DNA of 64,000 bases from Lingula anatina (taxonomy: Eukaryota > Animalia > Brachiopoda). The translations under genes were made by a program, and so were the position numbers. Every line of letters starts with the position of its first letter. Position 1 is the stretch's first letter. Below the pieces are notes generated by a model. It made no database searches and was not told where the DNA came from. It worked only from the letters and a program-made list of their open reading frames with translations. Shown one piece after another: positions 46,401 through 61,300 of this stretch. Location of the stretch: assembly GCA_051362555.1 (NCBI GenBank), contig CM120641.1, positions 8,494,001 through 8,558,000 of the forward strand. Direction: 5' to 3'.

Positions 46401-49400
46401 TAAGAATGATGTAAAAACGATGGAAGTATTTCAAATGTGATCGGACGCTTTCTGAATTTTGAAAATGGCAACCACTGGTACCTTGCCGATTCAAAGATGT
46501 TTGATTCCTTTCAGTTTTTCGGAATCGGAAGAATATGTTGTTGATTTACAGCGAAAAGCGTAAAATTGACCCAGCTTTACTTATTCATGTGAAATTGGAT
46601 TGACTTAAAACGTCAGACCTTAAGCATATATAGTACATTCCAATCATGGCGGATGGTTTGAAATAAACTCAGAGTGGGTCAATAGCATAACGGTAGGCAA
46701 AAATATAGGTAACAAAATTCACCAAGGACGTTGGATCTGACAGTACATGTATGTAATATTTTGTTCGCTTTGGCACTATTTATGTGACTAATATCAATTT
46801 TACAAGTAATAAAACTGTGTGTTTATTTTTTGGATAATTTGAGTATCTCACTTGATCTTTATGTTAGGTAATTGGTATTATGATCATTACCTCAGTTTCC
46901 CCGATTTTGAATTTCTGAATGCAAAACACTTCTGAAAATCAAGCTGAAACCATGAACTTCGCCTGGGGCAACTGATTTCTATTTTTTACAATTATTCCTC
47001 TCGGCTCGACTACATTATCATATAAATTCAAACCTGGCTTGAAACACCTATTCCGATCATTCACCTCAAATAATCCCTTGGTATGCCTAATCACCAAGGA
47101 ACAGTATCGTACGTGACAATAGGCCGAGGCAAAGCAAAGTTACACCACGTACCACATTGCTATTGGTGATGATGCTCAATTCAGTGGAAATACAAGTCAG
47201 GGAAAAAAACTTGAAATCATATTACGCATCGCAAAGTGTGAGAGTGAAGTGATCACATATTGACCGTGAATGCGTCTGTTTTTCAGGGGATCAATTTGCG
47301 CGATGTCGTCTGGAAGAGTGACATGTTGCACAGTTTTGCTAGAACCCTAGAGCTTTACCCATCTTTCGAGAAAACTATCGAGTTTACTAAGGTATTACTA
47401 CCCCGGAAAAACATTGATGAGCATATTGATTGGTTTTCAACTGAGTAGTATGAATGTTTATATAGGCAAATATCGTGATTAATTATATTTGTTTAAGGTA
47501 ATATGCACTCAGAATTCCGAGACTGTCAGTGATGGAAATGATGTATGGTGCATTGTTCATTTGTTTCTGGTTTATAAGAATTTTAGAATCGAGCATTTGC
47601 TTGTTATCAAACCAGTCGATTGTTAAAGATATTTTTGATAATAAGTTCAAGCCCATAAATTGGCGCAGTTATACCTTTATTTTATTGAATTGCAAATGAC
47701 TGCAGATGTCCATTTCCCATTGTATCTCAATGTCTTGTAAAATATAGCACATGGACCAGTAGGTCCATTGCGCTCGGTGGACTCAGTAGCCTACGTCCAT
47801 ATTGACATGTGAGTAAATACATGTATAAAACACAACCACTGAATACTTTTTGTGTTTGGTAAATTTGCATAAAGCATTACTTCCCTGGTGCTGATTTCAC
47901 CAGAAAGAAAATATTAGGGAATGTTCACAATTTTTCCAGTTGATATGCGGAATCGTAAACGACTTGGTGGCGACTAAGAACGACGCTGGATGGAGAGGTG
48001 TCCAGCCCCCTGGAGCCGAAGGGGAAGTCCTTATAGCGTCAGTGGAGAAGTTTACATCCCTGGTCGCCAAGACTCTTATATATCACGTCAAGCACAAACA
48101 CATCGGATCAGAGGAAGCCACAGTCAGTGCCTTATATGATAATATAGGTAGGGGGCGTGCGAACACGTTCGCAAGAGTGGTCCAAATGGCGTTGGTATGA
48201 ACCGAAATTGAAAGATAACGTTTGAATTGGTCAAACATGTCTAAAATGGCCCAACAAAAGATCATGCAAATGAACTTACTGGGTGTTTAGTTTTCTGAGG
48301 CACAATGGGAGACTATATGTAATCCTGCCTTCACACTAGTGCACTATGCTAAATTTGATTACAGTTTCTGCTGAATCACTGCACATGTATGGTTGATGTA
48401 ACATAGGATAGGGGCCTATAGATTATGTTTAGCGACTGATTTTTGTTCAAATTTAAGACATCTAATGGTCAGTTTTCTGTAAATTCCAAGCATTCTTCAA
48501 TACATTTCCATTATGCATGTATTTCCGCTTTTTTCATTACAATTAGAAAACATTATCTGTTAGATAATTCTTGGATCAAAGGATTTGTATTAAGTTACAC
48601 CAAGTCACAAGAATTTTGTCACAATAACATCATCAGGGTGAATGCCTAAAAGAGCAAAATTTTGTTTCAAAATAAACGGTTATTATCACTAAAACATTAG
48701 TGACAATAAATGTGAATATACAAAGCGCATTCTCAAAATCTTTCAGCTGTGAAAGTCCGCGTGTTTTTGAGGGACAGATTTATGGGGTTTGCCTTTCCTG
48801 ATCACACGGACACGTTTGCATTGGAGATGTCAGACGACATTGGAACTTTGGCGCTCACCAAAGAAGCAATAACAGAACTTAATGAGACTATTCCAAGTAA
48901 GTTACTGTCGGATCCGAGATTTCAATAAAATGGAATTTATTAATTAATTTCATAACACTATCATCGCTAACGTGGAAGGCATTTTGCATTGTTTCTGTTC
49001 TGGGGGGGGGGGGGGGGGTTATCTTCGCACTGTGATTAATATTTCCTGAACTATAAATTGCAACGAGTTTACAATGATCTTACAGAAAAGGGGTGAACGA
49101 GAGAATGTTTCGTGTGATGCTTTATGAATTGTAATTTACCTGTGAGACCATTAATAGGTCAACATCATATAACATATTCTTTACGAAAATAGATTTTTAG
49201 TATTTTTTAACATAAACGAAATAATGTCTTTCACGCCATTATTCTCGTCGGTTGCTTTTTCATATCCGTTTTCTTTTCAGATTTATTTGCCATTGCTTCA
49301 GTTCGTTTTTCCAATATGGCGCGTTTGCTGCCAAATCATAATATCACAATGTAAGTTTTGATGGAAGATATTTTATTCATATGAAATAAAATAAGAATGA

Positions 49401-52400
49401 TTAGAGCATATTGTAATCGTAATTTGTAATGGATGAAACTGCTCTTTCAAGGTAGTTGTACTTGAAAATTATGATTTATCCAACTGTTCCTGACGTCAAT
49501 TTGCAAAAGCCCAACAATATGATAAATATAAGTTTTTTGTTTGTCCTTTCAGAAAGAGCAAAAGGGACAACGTAAACTCGGTAGTTTATTCATTGAACGT
49601 TTATTTTGAAAATGACAGAAATTTGAGCTCAACCAATCTTTCCAGCCCCGTGAAGCTTTACTTGCCTTATACAGATGTAAGTACAACTTTGCCAGAGCAA
49701 GGCCGTTACATAGCACCTTTTCAAGGTTTGGGAATAAAAATGCGTGGTCCCTGTAGTCCCGTTTATAGGAAGAGATCAATTTTAATTTCCTCAAGACACA
49801 TTAATTATTTAGAACATTCCCCGAACCTTCCTAAGAACAGTCGCATAGAAGTTAACTTGTTAAACATCCCTTTTATTACGCATCATGCTTTGAGGCGAAT
49901 CTCACTTGCTATACAGTATTGCATACATGTACTTTTCAAAACCATGCTGCGTATGTTGCCTCTATAGGGATTTTCTACAGATTTGTTCTACTTGCAAAGT
50001 GGAACGTGCATGTGATCTTTAATGAAATACTGTTTTTCTTTTCCTACACAGGATTTTAATATATCCAATCCAGATTGTGTGATGTTACGGCACAGGGAAG
50101 GGTACGTAACCGCTTTGAAGCAGATTCGGTTAATTCTCATTTTCGATCCAAAATATTCCCCTTTGAATGAGTATCCTTAAGAAACCAAAGCAAGTGCTTG
50201 GTGCAGAAATACTCCTCTGGTTTTAAATGGGAGGTTGAATGTGATAATTTCAACCATATGTTACATCGAAATAATTGTAATTTGACCGCACCAGTGAGAT
50301 CATGTTATCAAAAGAGGAATGATCTAATATTTCAGTGTTTGATGGATTCGTTTTCGTTGGACTCTTACAGTAGACATTATTTAAGCATCATTCACAAAAG
50401 GTAAAAAGGTTGTTGTTAATTTCATTTTCCATTCAGGACTAGACAATGGCGATGGTCTAGTGGCAGGGGAGATTGTTATGTGATCAGAAACGATAGCAGT
50501 TATGCCACTTGCGGGTGCTACAGACTGGGGACATACGCTGTAACCACGGACATGTTCAACGTTGACGTGAGTTAAATTAAATTGAACATCAATAACCACG
50601 GCGTGTAAGTTCCAAAGGTTTTAGCTAAGAACGTGAAAATTGTGTTTTTAACATTTCTTACTTAGTGATAACTCGATGCTGCCGTCAAAATTCTACAAGG
50701 TCTACATGTACATGTTGAAATAGCAATGTGGTTTCTTTTATGGCCCAAACGTATTTTAATATTAAAATTGATGAATGTGCTAAAAGAGTCTTTTTCGTGT
50801 GAAGTCACTTTTGTGTCAATTGCTTCCAGTACTTTATTTCATCAGATCTAATAAATAACTTATCTATTATTAGTGGGACAGAGGCGAGCACCCCCCACAT
50901 CTGATGACCACGCCATCGTACGTGGGCTGCGCTATGTCCACGGTGCTGTGCCTTGGCTCTGCTGTCATGCTCATATACCTAAGGTACGGGTACAAGACTG
51001 GAGCCACACGTACCCCTTGCCTCAGAAGCTCCCCCTTTTTGTTTCATGCGTTACAATGTACATAGAACAATACAATTTTTCTGTCCTTTGCTTGAGTCCC
51101 CTACCTGTGCTTCCCCTTTTATGAAAATCCTGGAGTAGACGATCATAAGGAAGGTTTGCAGTACTGTGAACATGAGTTAACAACGTTGATTATATTTTTT
51201 TTAGATTCAAATATTTTAACATATATAATATTGAGTACTTGCACATATCTTGATGTGTATAGACTAACGGTAGATGTCGTTGTTGGTAGATTATTGATGA
51301 TGCACTGCATAGACCTGGGCACAATCTAAATAGTTTCACAGAATGTTTGTACTAATCGGTGGACAACTCTGTAACGTTGGTTTACTATAAAATCCAAGAG
51401 AAAATATTTATAAAGGAAAGGAAAAACTAGCTCTTTCTCTCGTAAATCAGAACTAAATATTCCAAGTGTCTAACAAGTGTTTCCTTAATTTCTGAATATA
51501 CGTAATTGATATCATTTTTATGAAATCTCCTTTTTCAGAACGTCCTCCCCTTCTGCAGCCATCCACAAAAACTTTGGATTTTCCATCTCGTTGTGCCAGT
51601 TGATCTTCATGGTTGGCGTAACTCAAACAAGCAATAAGGTGGGTGTGTCAAGAGTTAAAATGATAACAATGTTGACATAATAATAATAATAATAATAATA
51701 AAATGTCAAGATTTTCAACAGGTTACAATATCCTGTATACCTATAAATATGTAAAACTTGAACTGGCCTTTGATGGGCTTGGAAATTTTGGTAAAAGTAC
51801 CTGATAGGTTCATGTTTTGGAACATCACAGTATTGTGTCACAGTTTTGTTTGCACTTTGGTCCGTTTAGTTGAATGCTCGTAACATTTTCTATGACCACG
51901 TTAAGATTCAAACATCGTACCAGCTGGATCGATCCAACTCTGCTAGTTAATTAGTTAATAACCCCCCTAGCAACTCAAGGAGGCGTGTCAGACATTTAAC
52001 CCGATTACAGCGACTACCCCCAGGGAAAATTACCTGTAGAGTTGGGTCGATCCAGCTAGCACAACGGGTCTTCTGAACGCCCATCATGTTAAGCACAACC
52101 ACAGGTAATTTTTTGTCTCAACTAACACAATGAACAACATTTAAAATGCGTCAGTCACAACTAACACATTTGTTACCGGACTCTTGTCATTTCAGACTGT
52201 ATGCCACGTATTTGCCGTTCTCTTCCATTACTTTTTCCTCACAACGTTTTCGTGGATGATGAACGAGGCCTTCAATTTGTATATCAAAATAACATACGCA
52301 GCTCACTCGCACGGTCCTGTGAGCGAATCTGGCTCCATCTGGCGGTATTATATTTTGGGCTGGGGTAAGAAATAAACAATATCTGGTCTTATTTTGCTGA

Positions 52401-52997
52401 AATCTAAATACAACAAAACAGCAAGTTCCAATGCGCTCTCCGTGCTATTTTCTTAATAAAGGATTTAATGTGATGCCAGGCAGTGACTCTTGAAATTGCC
52501 TTGATGAAAATTTTGTTCGATGAGCCATTAATAAGGAATAATGCCAATAAAGAACTAATATGACCCCTTCAATAGACATGTCTTGTCGTTCCTTTCAGTT
52601 GTTCCCGGGGCCTTGGTCGGTGCACTGGTGGGCTCACACGGAGACAGCTATTATGCAGCAGACATGTAAGACACGCTCCCTTTATACTATAGTACTAGCT
52701 AAGAAACCTTAAAGTACTATACTTTAGTATTTATTACTTAAGGTGTTGTGGCCTCTTATGTTGGTATATGCGAAATTCTACTACCGTCATTATACTGTGG
52801 TAATAATGATTTAACTGTAAGTGCTTTTAATTTCACAACCATTGGATGATGCACATATGTTACTGTTGATCAAGAAGCCTATGTATTCATGTATTTTAGG
52901 TGTTGGATCAGGTGGGATTTGGTATGGTTTTTCATTGGTCCAGTAATTGCTATACAAGCGGTAAGTTATATAATAAATGCATATCTACTTATATTCC

Positions 52998-53054
<57 letters not shown>

Positions 53055-55856
53055 TCCCCTTTGTAGCATATGTTCATCCATATATTGAAAAAGAAATATT
53101 GGAATTGAAGTATTGAATTTATCACACATATATTAACTAAAATACTTTAGGAAATGCCGGCTATAAGAAATCTTTTGAAATCTCTGTGGCCAAAAAGACT
53201 CAGGAGAAAAATGTGCTGTTCGTCAGTCGATTTTTCCGTCTCCTTTTGTCTTCATATATCTTTCATAAACTTCCTGAACTTGTTATGCGCTTTAGTGCAA
53301 CCAAGCCACTTTTGTCATTTAATTTCGCAAAATGAGAGAAATAGAATACATAATTTCCATCTAATTCTGTCGTTCTCCTTTTTCCAATTCACTTATTGAT
53401 CAGAAATCTATTATCAGATATCTCAGAATAAGTCTTAAATATTTTTTTCACTCATTAGGTGGGGAAAACGAGATGTTGCGTTTTCCTAACAACGTACAAG
53501 TCTGTCTCTCTTGTGATAGAAATGTCATAAGAAGGAACACCGTAAAGCACGCTAGAGCGAAATAAACAAAATCACGGAAAATTACAATGCTCGTTTACTT
53601 ATGTTTTTCAGGTGTCAATCCTTGTTTTAATATTCACAGCCAAAGAATATCACGAAAGTTCATATACGAAGAACGAGAAAGCTAATAAGATATTAGTGTA
53701 AGAGTTTGTTCAATAAGTTGATAAGGTGCAAATATTCAATAGTTGTAATATTGTGTGTATTGCAACTGGTGTGTTAAAAATATTTCTTCCAAGGAAAATT
53801 TTGATGTGTGATAAATTTTTCTTCCTATAAAGATTTTGGTGACGATTGGCACACTTCCACGGCATTCTAATCTTTTTAATACTAGAAAAAATATTAAAAC
53901 ATTTATTCATAACTCTTTTATTGCCGGTTTTTTTGTTTTACAGTTTCGAAACTCCATACATCCTGCTTCATTTTCATATTAAGTTGTAATCACTGCACAT
54001 TTCAGCAATCACACAAAAGCCGTGTGGACCCAAGTAGTTTTACTTACCGTGGTGTGGACTTTTGCATTCCTCTCTCTCAAAATGAGAGGGCCAATACTGA
54101 AATACTTGTACGCCTTACTCAACTTTCTGCAGGTGAGTATACCCTGTTCGGAGAAGTGATGTCATTATTAATGTCATTAATTTATTCATTTAATTTTGTG
54201 AGGGAATATACATTTGGTTGGAAGGGATATCTGGTCCATAAACCCGTATTGAAATACGAATTAAGAATGAAATCTTAAGTTAAGGGAAGCCACAAATGTC
54301 TTATTGAGAAGCAGTTCAGACTGCGAATATCATCAAAAGTATGCCTAATCATCATGGTACACTGGGGGATTTATACAGTAGTTACGATTTCACGCGTTAC
54401 TGTTTACGTTAACTTTGCCGTCTAAACGTGGATATTTTACAAATAATACGTTGACGGAGGCACTGTTATTTTAATGTCAGTATTGAATTACTTTCCACAC
54501 CAGTATATAAACGTCTCTATGTGCAAATGTATAACATTTGGTTTACGAATGTTCTGGTATATCTTTATGTGTCAATAATCTATTACAATTGCCAAAAGAA
54601 AAATACCCAAGCGCAATTTCCAGTTTTGTATTAATTTTTTCCGTAAAATATGCAGCATTCAAATTTGTTGGCAAAGAAGTTGATAAATCCCGCCAACCAA
54701 CCCCCACCCAGTTTTGATCGTTTTTGTTTTGATGCTGCAGCAATGTTTTTAGTGTGCATTACATAAAGATCTTTTTTTTGTGTGTGCAAAGTTTTATTCC
54801 ATTGATTATCCGTTGCAAATGGCATGATTGTAATTACACGAACTAAAAGCGCTGCAATACGCTATCGTACAAGGAATCGTCATTTTCAAGGCGACGTCCT
54901 CCTATAAAGACTCCCAGAGGGAATCTTACGACTCAAACAATCGATGACTTATGTCACCCTCGTTCAATTTTAACCGTCATTACAGAATGAGAAAATGCAG
55001 AACAAATGTGTTCTCTGTAACAAGAAGCCCATACGCATATTTTGCATACAAATGACCGCCGTTTCCCGACGATATCTCAATAGATACCCGCACCAGGCGT
55101 AACATAAGGTGCCATTAGGCAAATATAAATTAATATTGCGTATAATGATCATTTTGTGAAATCTAACGAGACAGCAATGAAGATAGATGATGATAGAGCA
55201 GCTGAACGCTGTAAGAAAACACGGGTTTCAACGCCGTGGAATTTTCATTCGCCATGAAATTAACAGTCGAAATGAGAATAGACCGAATCAAGGGTGATCG
55301 TTATAGAGCTGTGATGTTCGCTCCGGGAGTCTCGTAGCCTTCTTCAACCACGCCCCCTTGCAATCTGTATACCACGATGAGTCATTAGTCAACATCAATA
55401 TGGTAAACCCAGTAATAGATTTTGAAGTTTTTTCCTCAAAATTATGCCTTTTATCAAAAGTACAAATGTAAATATTTCGGTGATTAAGGAGAAATGAAAA
55501 ATTAATCAAATAAAGAATGTGTTGAGGACTTCTTAAATTGATTAACTAGAGAAATGGGATCAGCATAATGATTAGAGTTGAAATCCATAAAAACTATTTC
55601 ATCAATTGATATTTTGTTTTAATAGATTGAACCAGAATAAAAGCTAAAACATAGAAAAATTAATATATTTTTTCTAGTATAAGAATTGTTTTTGTCCCGT
55701 GTGGTTCGATTGCAATATTGTATTTTAGTATTGTGTCGAAGTAGCTTCCTGTTGATGACAATATTAATCAATTTTTCATTGCTTTTAGGGATCGTTTTTC
55801 TTGGTATTTTATTTTTTGCTGAATGAAGAGGTAAGTGCCCCAACTACAGTCCATGA

Positions 55857-55897
<41 letters not shown>

Positions 55898-58358
55898 CAG
55901 TCTATCATTTGTGTAAAGTAAAGTGTCATCTACGCACATGTAGTGCACCAAGGTGTGGTCATGAGTGAAGAAAAAGTGTTAGAAAAAATCGAGTGCATTC
56001 GGTCAATCATCGGAGTAGATAAATGTATTAAGAAATCCACAATGTCATTTGTGACATATTCGCGGACTTTGCCATGGGTAAAATGAGATCAGAAAGATCG
56101 TGGGGGTTCAAATCAACGCCGAATCACGGCGCTGGCTCAAAATAAATTGACATATGAAAATTGGTCAAATTTGGTTATCCAGTAAATAACCTAGGCAACA
56201 AGTTCGCAGAAGATAGAAATTCGATGAAATGCAAAAATATTTTCTACATCAATTCAACACTGTCAGTCAAGCAGAAAATCACCTCTCTGATGTACTATTT
56301 GATGGGCCTCTTTTTTTTTTCTCTAACATGTCAAAGCATCAGCTGGTCACCTGTGACTTAAAAAAATAACAAATGAAAAAATACGATGTTGGATAAACGG
56401 TCAGCATCTTGATGAATTTATTAAAATGTAAATGTGAAAAAAAAAACACAATCTGCAACGAACTTTGACTACTGGAAGAGTGCTCAACAAGTCCTGCCGC
56501 TGGGCTTCCTCGTGCACTTTGAAGCGGCAGATGGTGCAAGAGGACAATTGCTAGATTAAGTATTAATTTACCGAACAAATTAAAAAGCACATTGAGAATT
56601 TGCCATTGAAACACGAGAACTCATCCGAGAGGACCATCAAACGATCTTAGTGTAATTTTTCTGACTGATTAATTGAACGTCCTTTCATTGTATTCCTCAC
56701 AACTACTATTGTCACAGATGCCAGACAAGAAAATTAAATCTCTTTCACGAAGTCGTTTCGCCAAGATACAACGTGAATGACTGATTACTTACGCTATTTG
56801 TTTATTAAGATATTAAGGGCACATGGAAAGACACACTCGCTGTTTTGCAGTCGACTTTAACAAGTAAGCCTATGCACCTTGCCCAACTAGGTAGGCCTAC
56901 AGACTACACAACGTCATTTCGATACCAAAACAGCATTTCGACGTCGGCATGAGGCTTAGTGCCTCCTGAGATGTCACTTAATATATGTACTTCTGAGAAA
57001 AGAGGATACAGGTGCACGTGGTTAACCGTTACCAGTTTTAATAAGGAAAACGAATACCATGAAGGTACAAAAAGAGCAGTCATTCGTCAACTGTTTTATT
57101 ACCTGAGCATTTTGGTAATTACATACAACAACACAGCGTTTTGCTTGCTTACATGCCAATGCAAACATTACGAATAGATTTTTCCTCTTTCAAACCCTCT
57201 GTCCAAGACAATGGTTTTCATATCAAGTTCTTGCTCAAAAATTGCCCTCTCCCTCTACAAACCCTCGCAATCGCCATCACCTTCTCAAAAATCTTTGGTA
57301 TTATGGAATATGTGTTTAGGGATTAAATTCTGATTGGTATATATTATTTGTCTTAGGTACGAAGTTACTACAGGGAACGACGTCGACGTAAAAACCTGGC
57401 CATGCAGGGGTATGATACTTCACCGCGCCCTTCAGTGGACTCCCTTCGCTCAGAACAAATGGGATCAGAACCGGTAAGTAGTGGGGTCCATGCCGTGTGA
57501 GACTAGTCGGAAGAGTAGGCCTACATGCGCGCATATAGATTATTATTATTATTATTATTTACTTATTTATTTATTTATTCGTTTTTTTGTTTGTATTTTT
57601 CTACTGTTCTGTTTGTTTGACTTTAAAAACTCAAACGGATAAGGCTGTAGAGCTCGAATAAAAAGTTCACTTTTGCTCCTGACGAAAAAAATGGCCCGTA
57701 TCATTTGCATTAGGACTGACAGGTGTGCTATTCACCAACTCTGCTTAAATTGGGATGTGGGCACTATCAATATGTACGATGTTCTTGTCCTTTTTGTCCC
57801 CAGTATCATCCAAGCCAGCACACCAGGTTGATACCACCCTGTTGATACGAAGTGACAGCGTGGTAACAACGTGGAAGCTACGGTGTCTAAACTTGACGTA
57901 ATTATTGGGATGAAAACGACTATTTGAGAAAATAGCAATTCGACCTAGCAGATTGAAGTATTATAGTCGGCCCAAGAAGACGTTATTTCGACGTCCATGC
58001 TCACGACTAGTTTGTTAGTTTGTTCACGTCTGCCGTCCAAATACCGTCTAAATGACGTGTGTGTGTGTGTGTGTGTGTGTGTACGTGTGTAACGAAGCTT
58101 GACTGCATTTTCCTCTAAATGTAACCTTTATTTTAAGGGTGTCTGATCATATGTGTAATATACTGAAAATTATGAGCATTAAAAATAAACATTTTGAATT
58201 ATATTTCTCGTCATTAGGACACAGACGCTGGTCCGTCCCAGCCAAACCACACCAAGACCTCACCGGTAGAGCACAGAAAGGGCAACCGAGTGCGGTACAA
58301 ACTGGATTACGGAACAGACGCGGGCTCGGACTGTGAAGAAATGATAACCACTGTCTGA
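40404..58358 (+). CDS. Adhesion G protein-coupled receptor (EGF-like, pentraxin/LamG, HRM, GAIN/GPS, 7TM, PDZ-binding tail); N-terminus unresolved, at least 1020 aa
   Basis: 24 phase-compatible exons: 40404-40529, 42401-42715, 43537-43863, 45166-45231, 45536-45649, 45915-46021, 46247-46399, 47287-47391, 47940-48147, 48747-48896, 49281-49350, 49553-49676, 50052-50101, 50437-50566, 50874-50983, 51539-51638, 52196-52364, 52599-52665, 52900-52960, 53612-53697, 54006-54132, 55789-55830, 57357-57473, 58218-58358. Motifs: GYGCLCGPGFYWN (EGF-like); WVHLAFTW, ILGQ, FIGDLSHVNIW (pentraxin); IRWSRTPAG..VPCP..YRYC..GVWGEP (HRM); SYVGC, IHKN, HYFFLTTFSWMMNEA, YYILGWVVP, CWI, FIGPV, LNFLQG, LLNEEVR (family B 7TM); ends MITTV. 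Confidence 0.92.
43858..44010 (+). repeat. 76-bp tandem duplication containing a splice donor
   Basis: TTGTAG|GTTAGTATC...TTAATTGATTGATTCATCAC repeated at 43858 and 43934. Confidence 0.9.
51922..52057. mobile_element. Small foldback element / MITE (about 140 bp)
   Basis: AGCTGGATCGATCCAACTCTGCTAGTTAATT ... AATTACCTGTAGAGTTGGGTCGATCCAGCT, an imperfect 30-bp inverted repeat. Confidence 0.65.
53000..53053. repeat. (TG)n microsatellite
   Basis: Direct reading. Confidence 0.95.
55861..55894. repeat. (AG)n microsatellite
   Basis: Direct reading. Confidence 0.95.
58057..58082. repeat. (GT)n microsatellite
   Basis: Direct reading. Confidence 0.9.
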
Positions 58359-61300
58359 AATTATTATTACTAAAGCTCTGGACCCTTAAACTGCTCTCCG
58401 ATCGCCACTCTCCTATTCTCTAAACTTGGTGGAAAGGAATTGAGTAAATATAACGTGTAGGAGAAAGAGGAGAAAATGAAGATATTTAATGTTTGAGAAC
58501 TCTGTACGTTTAAACTCTCCGTAGTATTATGTTTTTTATATCCTTCATGCCTGAAGAGTTAACACGGACTAAATAGAATCATTGGTAAATAATGCACAGA
58601 GCAAGGATAAATACATGTATGTATCTGGACCTGATTTCCTTGTGCTTTTTAATGATACAGTACTAGTAGACGGAGAAAAAAGTGCGATTTTTATCGTATG
58701 AACCGAGCAAAGGCATGCGTTTTTCATTCCTTTGAGAGATCCCTCGAGGGAACTATAACACTTTATTTTCCAAGGAATTCCTCTAAGAAAGTCATTAGTC
58801 TAATTTAATGCTGATAATAACTCCAAATGTGCCAAATGAAAGCAAAAAAGCATTGTTTTGATGTCCAGACGTTGATAACCTTGACGAAAAATGTAGAGAT
58901 ACGCTTATTGTATAAGTAAGCTACGTTATTAATGGGAGAGAAGCTTTTTAAGAACCTCATATTGGTGCATTGGTATCGTGGAGAAATTAAGCTGTTATTT
59001 ATATGAACAATGCACCAGGTGATTTTGTGGAAAAAATTACACTGAGAATAAAGCAATATAAAGATACCCTTTTTTCTCATATTGTGAACAGAAATTATGC
59101 CCCATTAACTAGAAAGAGAGAACAATCGATTTGATTAGCTGGCGTCTGTTTTCAGTGACTTGGGAAAACCGTCCAAAATTAATTTTGTTGCAAAAACAAC
59201 CAAATGAGCAAAAGGTCACTAATTGTGTTTTTCCAAAAGTGAAGAAAATTGTCATTCGGAAGGAAAATATTGGACACTAAAATCGTGTTAATCCTAATAC
59301 AACTCCTATTTTCCCATTATTTCGCTTGGTTGAATGAAACAAAATTTGAAATAACATTAGAAATAGAAAACGTCAGTGAGATCGAGTTTTTCAAATATCT
59401 GACATATATTGACATTACTTCAGACATATCTATTTTGTCTGAATACCAATATATAAAACGAGTTGTAAAATAAATTGAATTTCTTTATGTCTTCTTTTAT
59501 CATTTTTTCGTCTTGGGCAACGTTTGCTATTAATTTGCGTATAATTAAAAAAGAATTGAAAAGATGAACGACAGACGCAGAAGGTGGCGGGGAGGTCTGG
59601 TGTTGACATTTGCCCCCTGAATCGTCTTTTAATGGCAAAAACGTCAAATAAGGACACATTATTTTGTCTATGTTCATGTTTTGGTTTCAAATATCATTGC
59701 ACTGTTTTCAGATAACCATATTAAGATAATTATATCAAGTCACAAACTAAGAAGACGGATGACGTTGATGCCAATGACAGATACGGAAATTAGGAATGGT
59801 TTTATCTAGTAGTTGACTTCCTAGAAAACCGCTGCCAACCTAAATATCACATTTGATTTGTTCTTTCCTAGTTTCTTTGAAAGAAAAAAAAACCTTCGAA
59901 ATGATTTCGGTCAATCATGGTCTGTGTTGTCTTTGATTATTAAATGTATCTTTAACAAGTGAACACTCCTACAAAGATGGCATGCAGACAGTTCATTTAT
60001 TTCTTTTGTTGGGTGACATATGAAGTGATGTTTTACTGTACACACGATGAAAACCCTAGTTTTGTTTTCATTATATAATTATAGCTAATGCCAATCTATA
60101 TATTCATATATCAGACGGAAACTGTTACCAGCGACCAAGTCAAGATTTGGCAGGTGGGCCTCACAGTTCTAAGTCACACTTTTCAAAGACAGTAAGATCA
60201 AAGATCCAAACATCAGGGAAATTGAATTAGCAATACTCTTCACACTGTAGCACATGAATACAAACGCAACACTCTACTTGATATAATACTAGGATAACAA
60301 TAGAAGAGCAATTGAGACTCTTAAAAGTATCCACAGCGCGTGCGACCGTTTAGCGTACAATGCACTGGTCTTTTAATTTAAAAGTTAAGACCATCGCCGA
60401 CTCTTAAACGTTGGATCTTTTATCAGTGACTCCGTGTGACCCCTATTAACTGTTTGACTACGTCTGTAGGCCAAATCTCCCAAATTGATACGAAAAAACA
60501 GACGAGGATTGGGTCCAAAGAGACCGAACAATATTTCCATGATAATCTCCGACTGCTTTTCTGCAAGGCTTCGGGATGAGAATTGTGCAAATGCTTGGAA
60601 GTGTACTTAATCATCTGAATTCTCTAGATGCAATCCCAGGTCTTCTATTAATATTAATTTTCATCAGTTTACTTGCTGAAGATAAAATTGAGCTCTTTTT
60701 AATTCGCCTTTCTATGTTCTGCGCCAGACGTTCCCCTAACACAGAGGAATTCCGGAATCAATGTATATAAGATCGCTTTCCAATTTCATCTATTGATAGA
60801 GTTCCTGCAAGGGTCGCCGCTCCTAAAATTGTATTAGACCCTACATAAAATTTCATCAGCAGAGGGAAAAAAAGATCCCGCTCCGGCTAGGTATTAGAAA
60901 AATCGATACAGGTTTGAGGAAAAGCATATTTCTCTAATGGCCAGAATCTTTTGAATTGCACCGCACTCCGCTGCGCAGAGGCTTATCCCCCAACAATTGG
61001 CTCTCTGGCGCTCTTTTCAATGACAGATGGTCAAAGAGAGATGAAAAGACCTCAGCTAATATTTCATATATTCAAGTAGCTCCCTTGCTGCTAAATAATA
61101 GACATTACTCACGAGATAGACTTGTTAGTTAAATGGGTAAATATGCTCGGCTGCATCTCTACAAGTGAAGGAGATGGGCATATGCTGCTTACATGGATGA
61201 GTGAGCTAATATGTAAGGCGAATTCTTCGTTCATCTGTTCTCAGTCTGAGAAGCATGAAAAAAAAAAAAACAGAAAAAAGGGGTTAGAACCACGATAGTT

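Noticed and set aside
56718-56772. Possible extra GPCR exon (MPDKKIKSL...)
   Set aside because: Weak donor and incompatible phase; 55830 joins 57357 to give the expected LLNEEVR.
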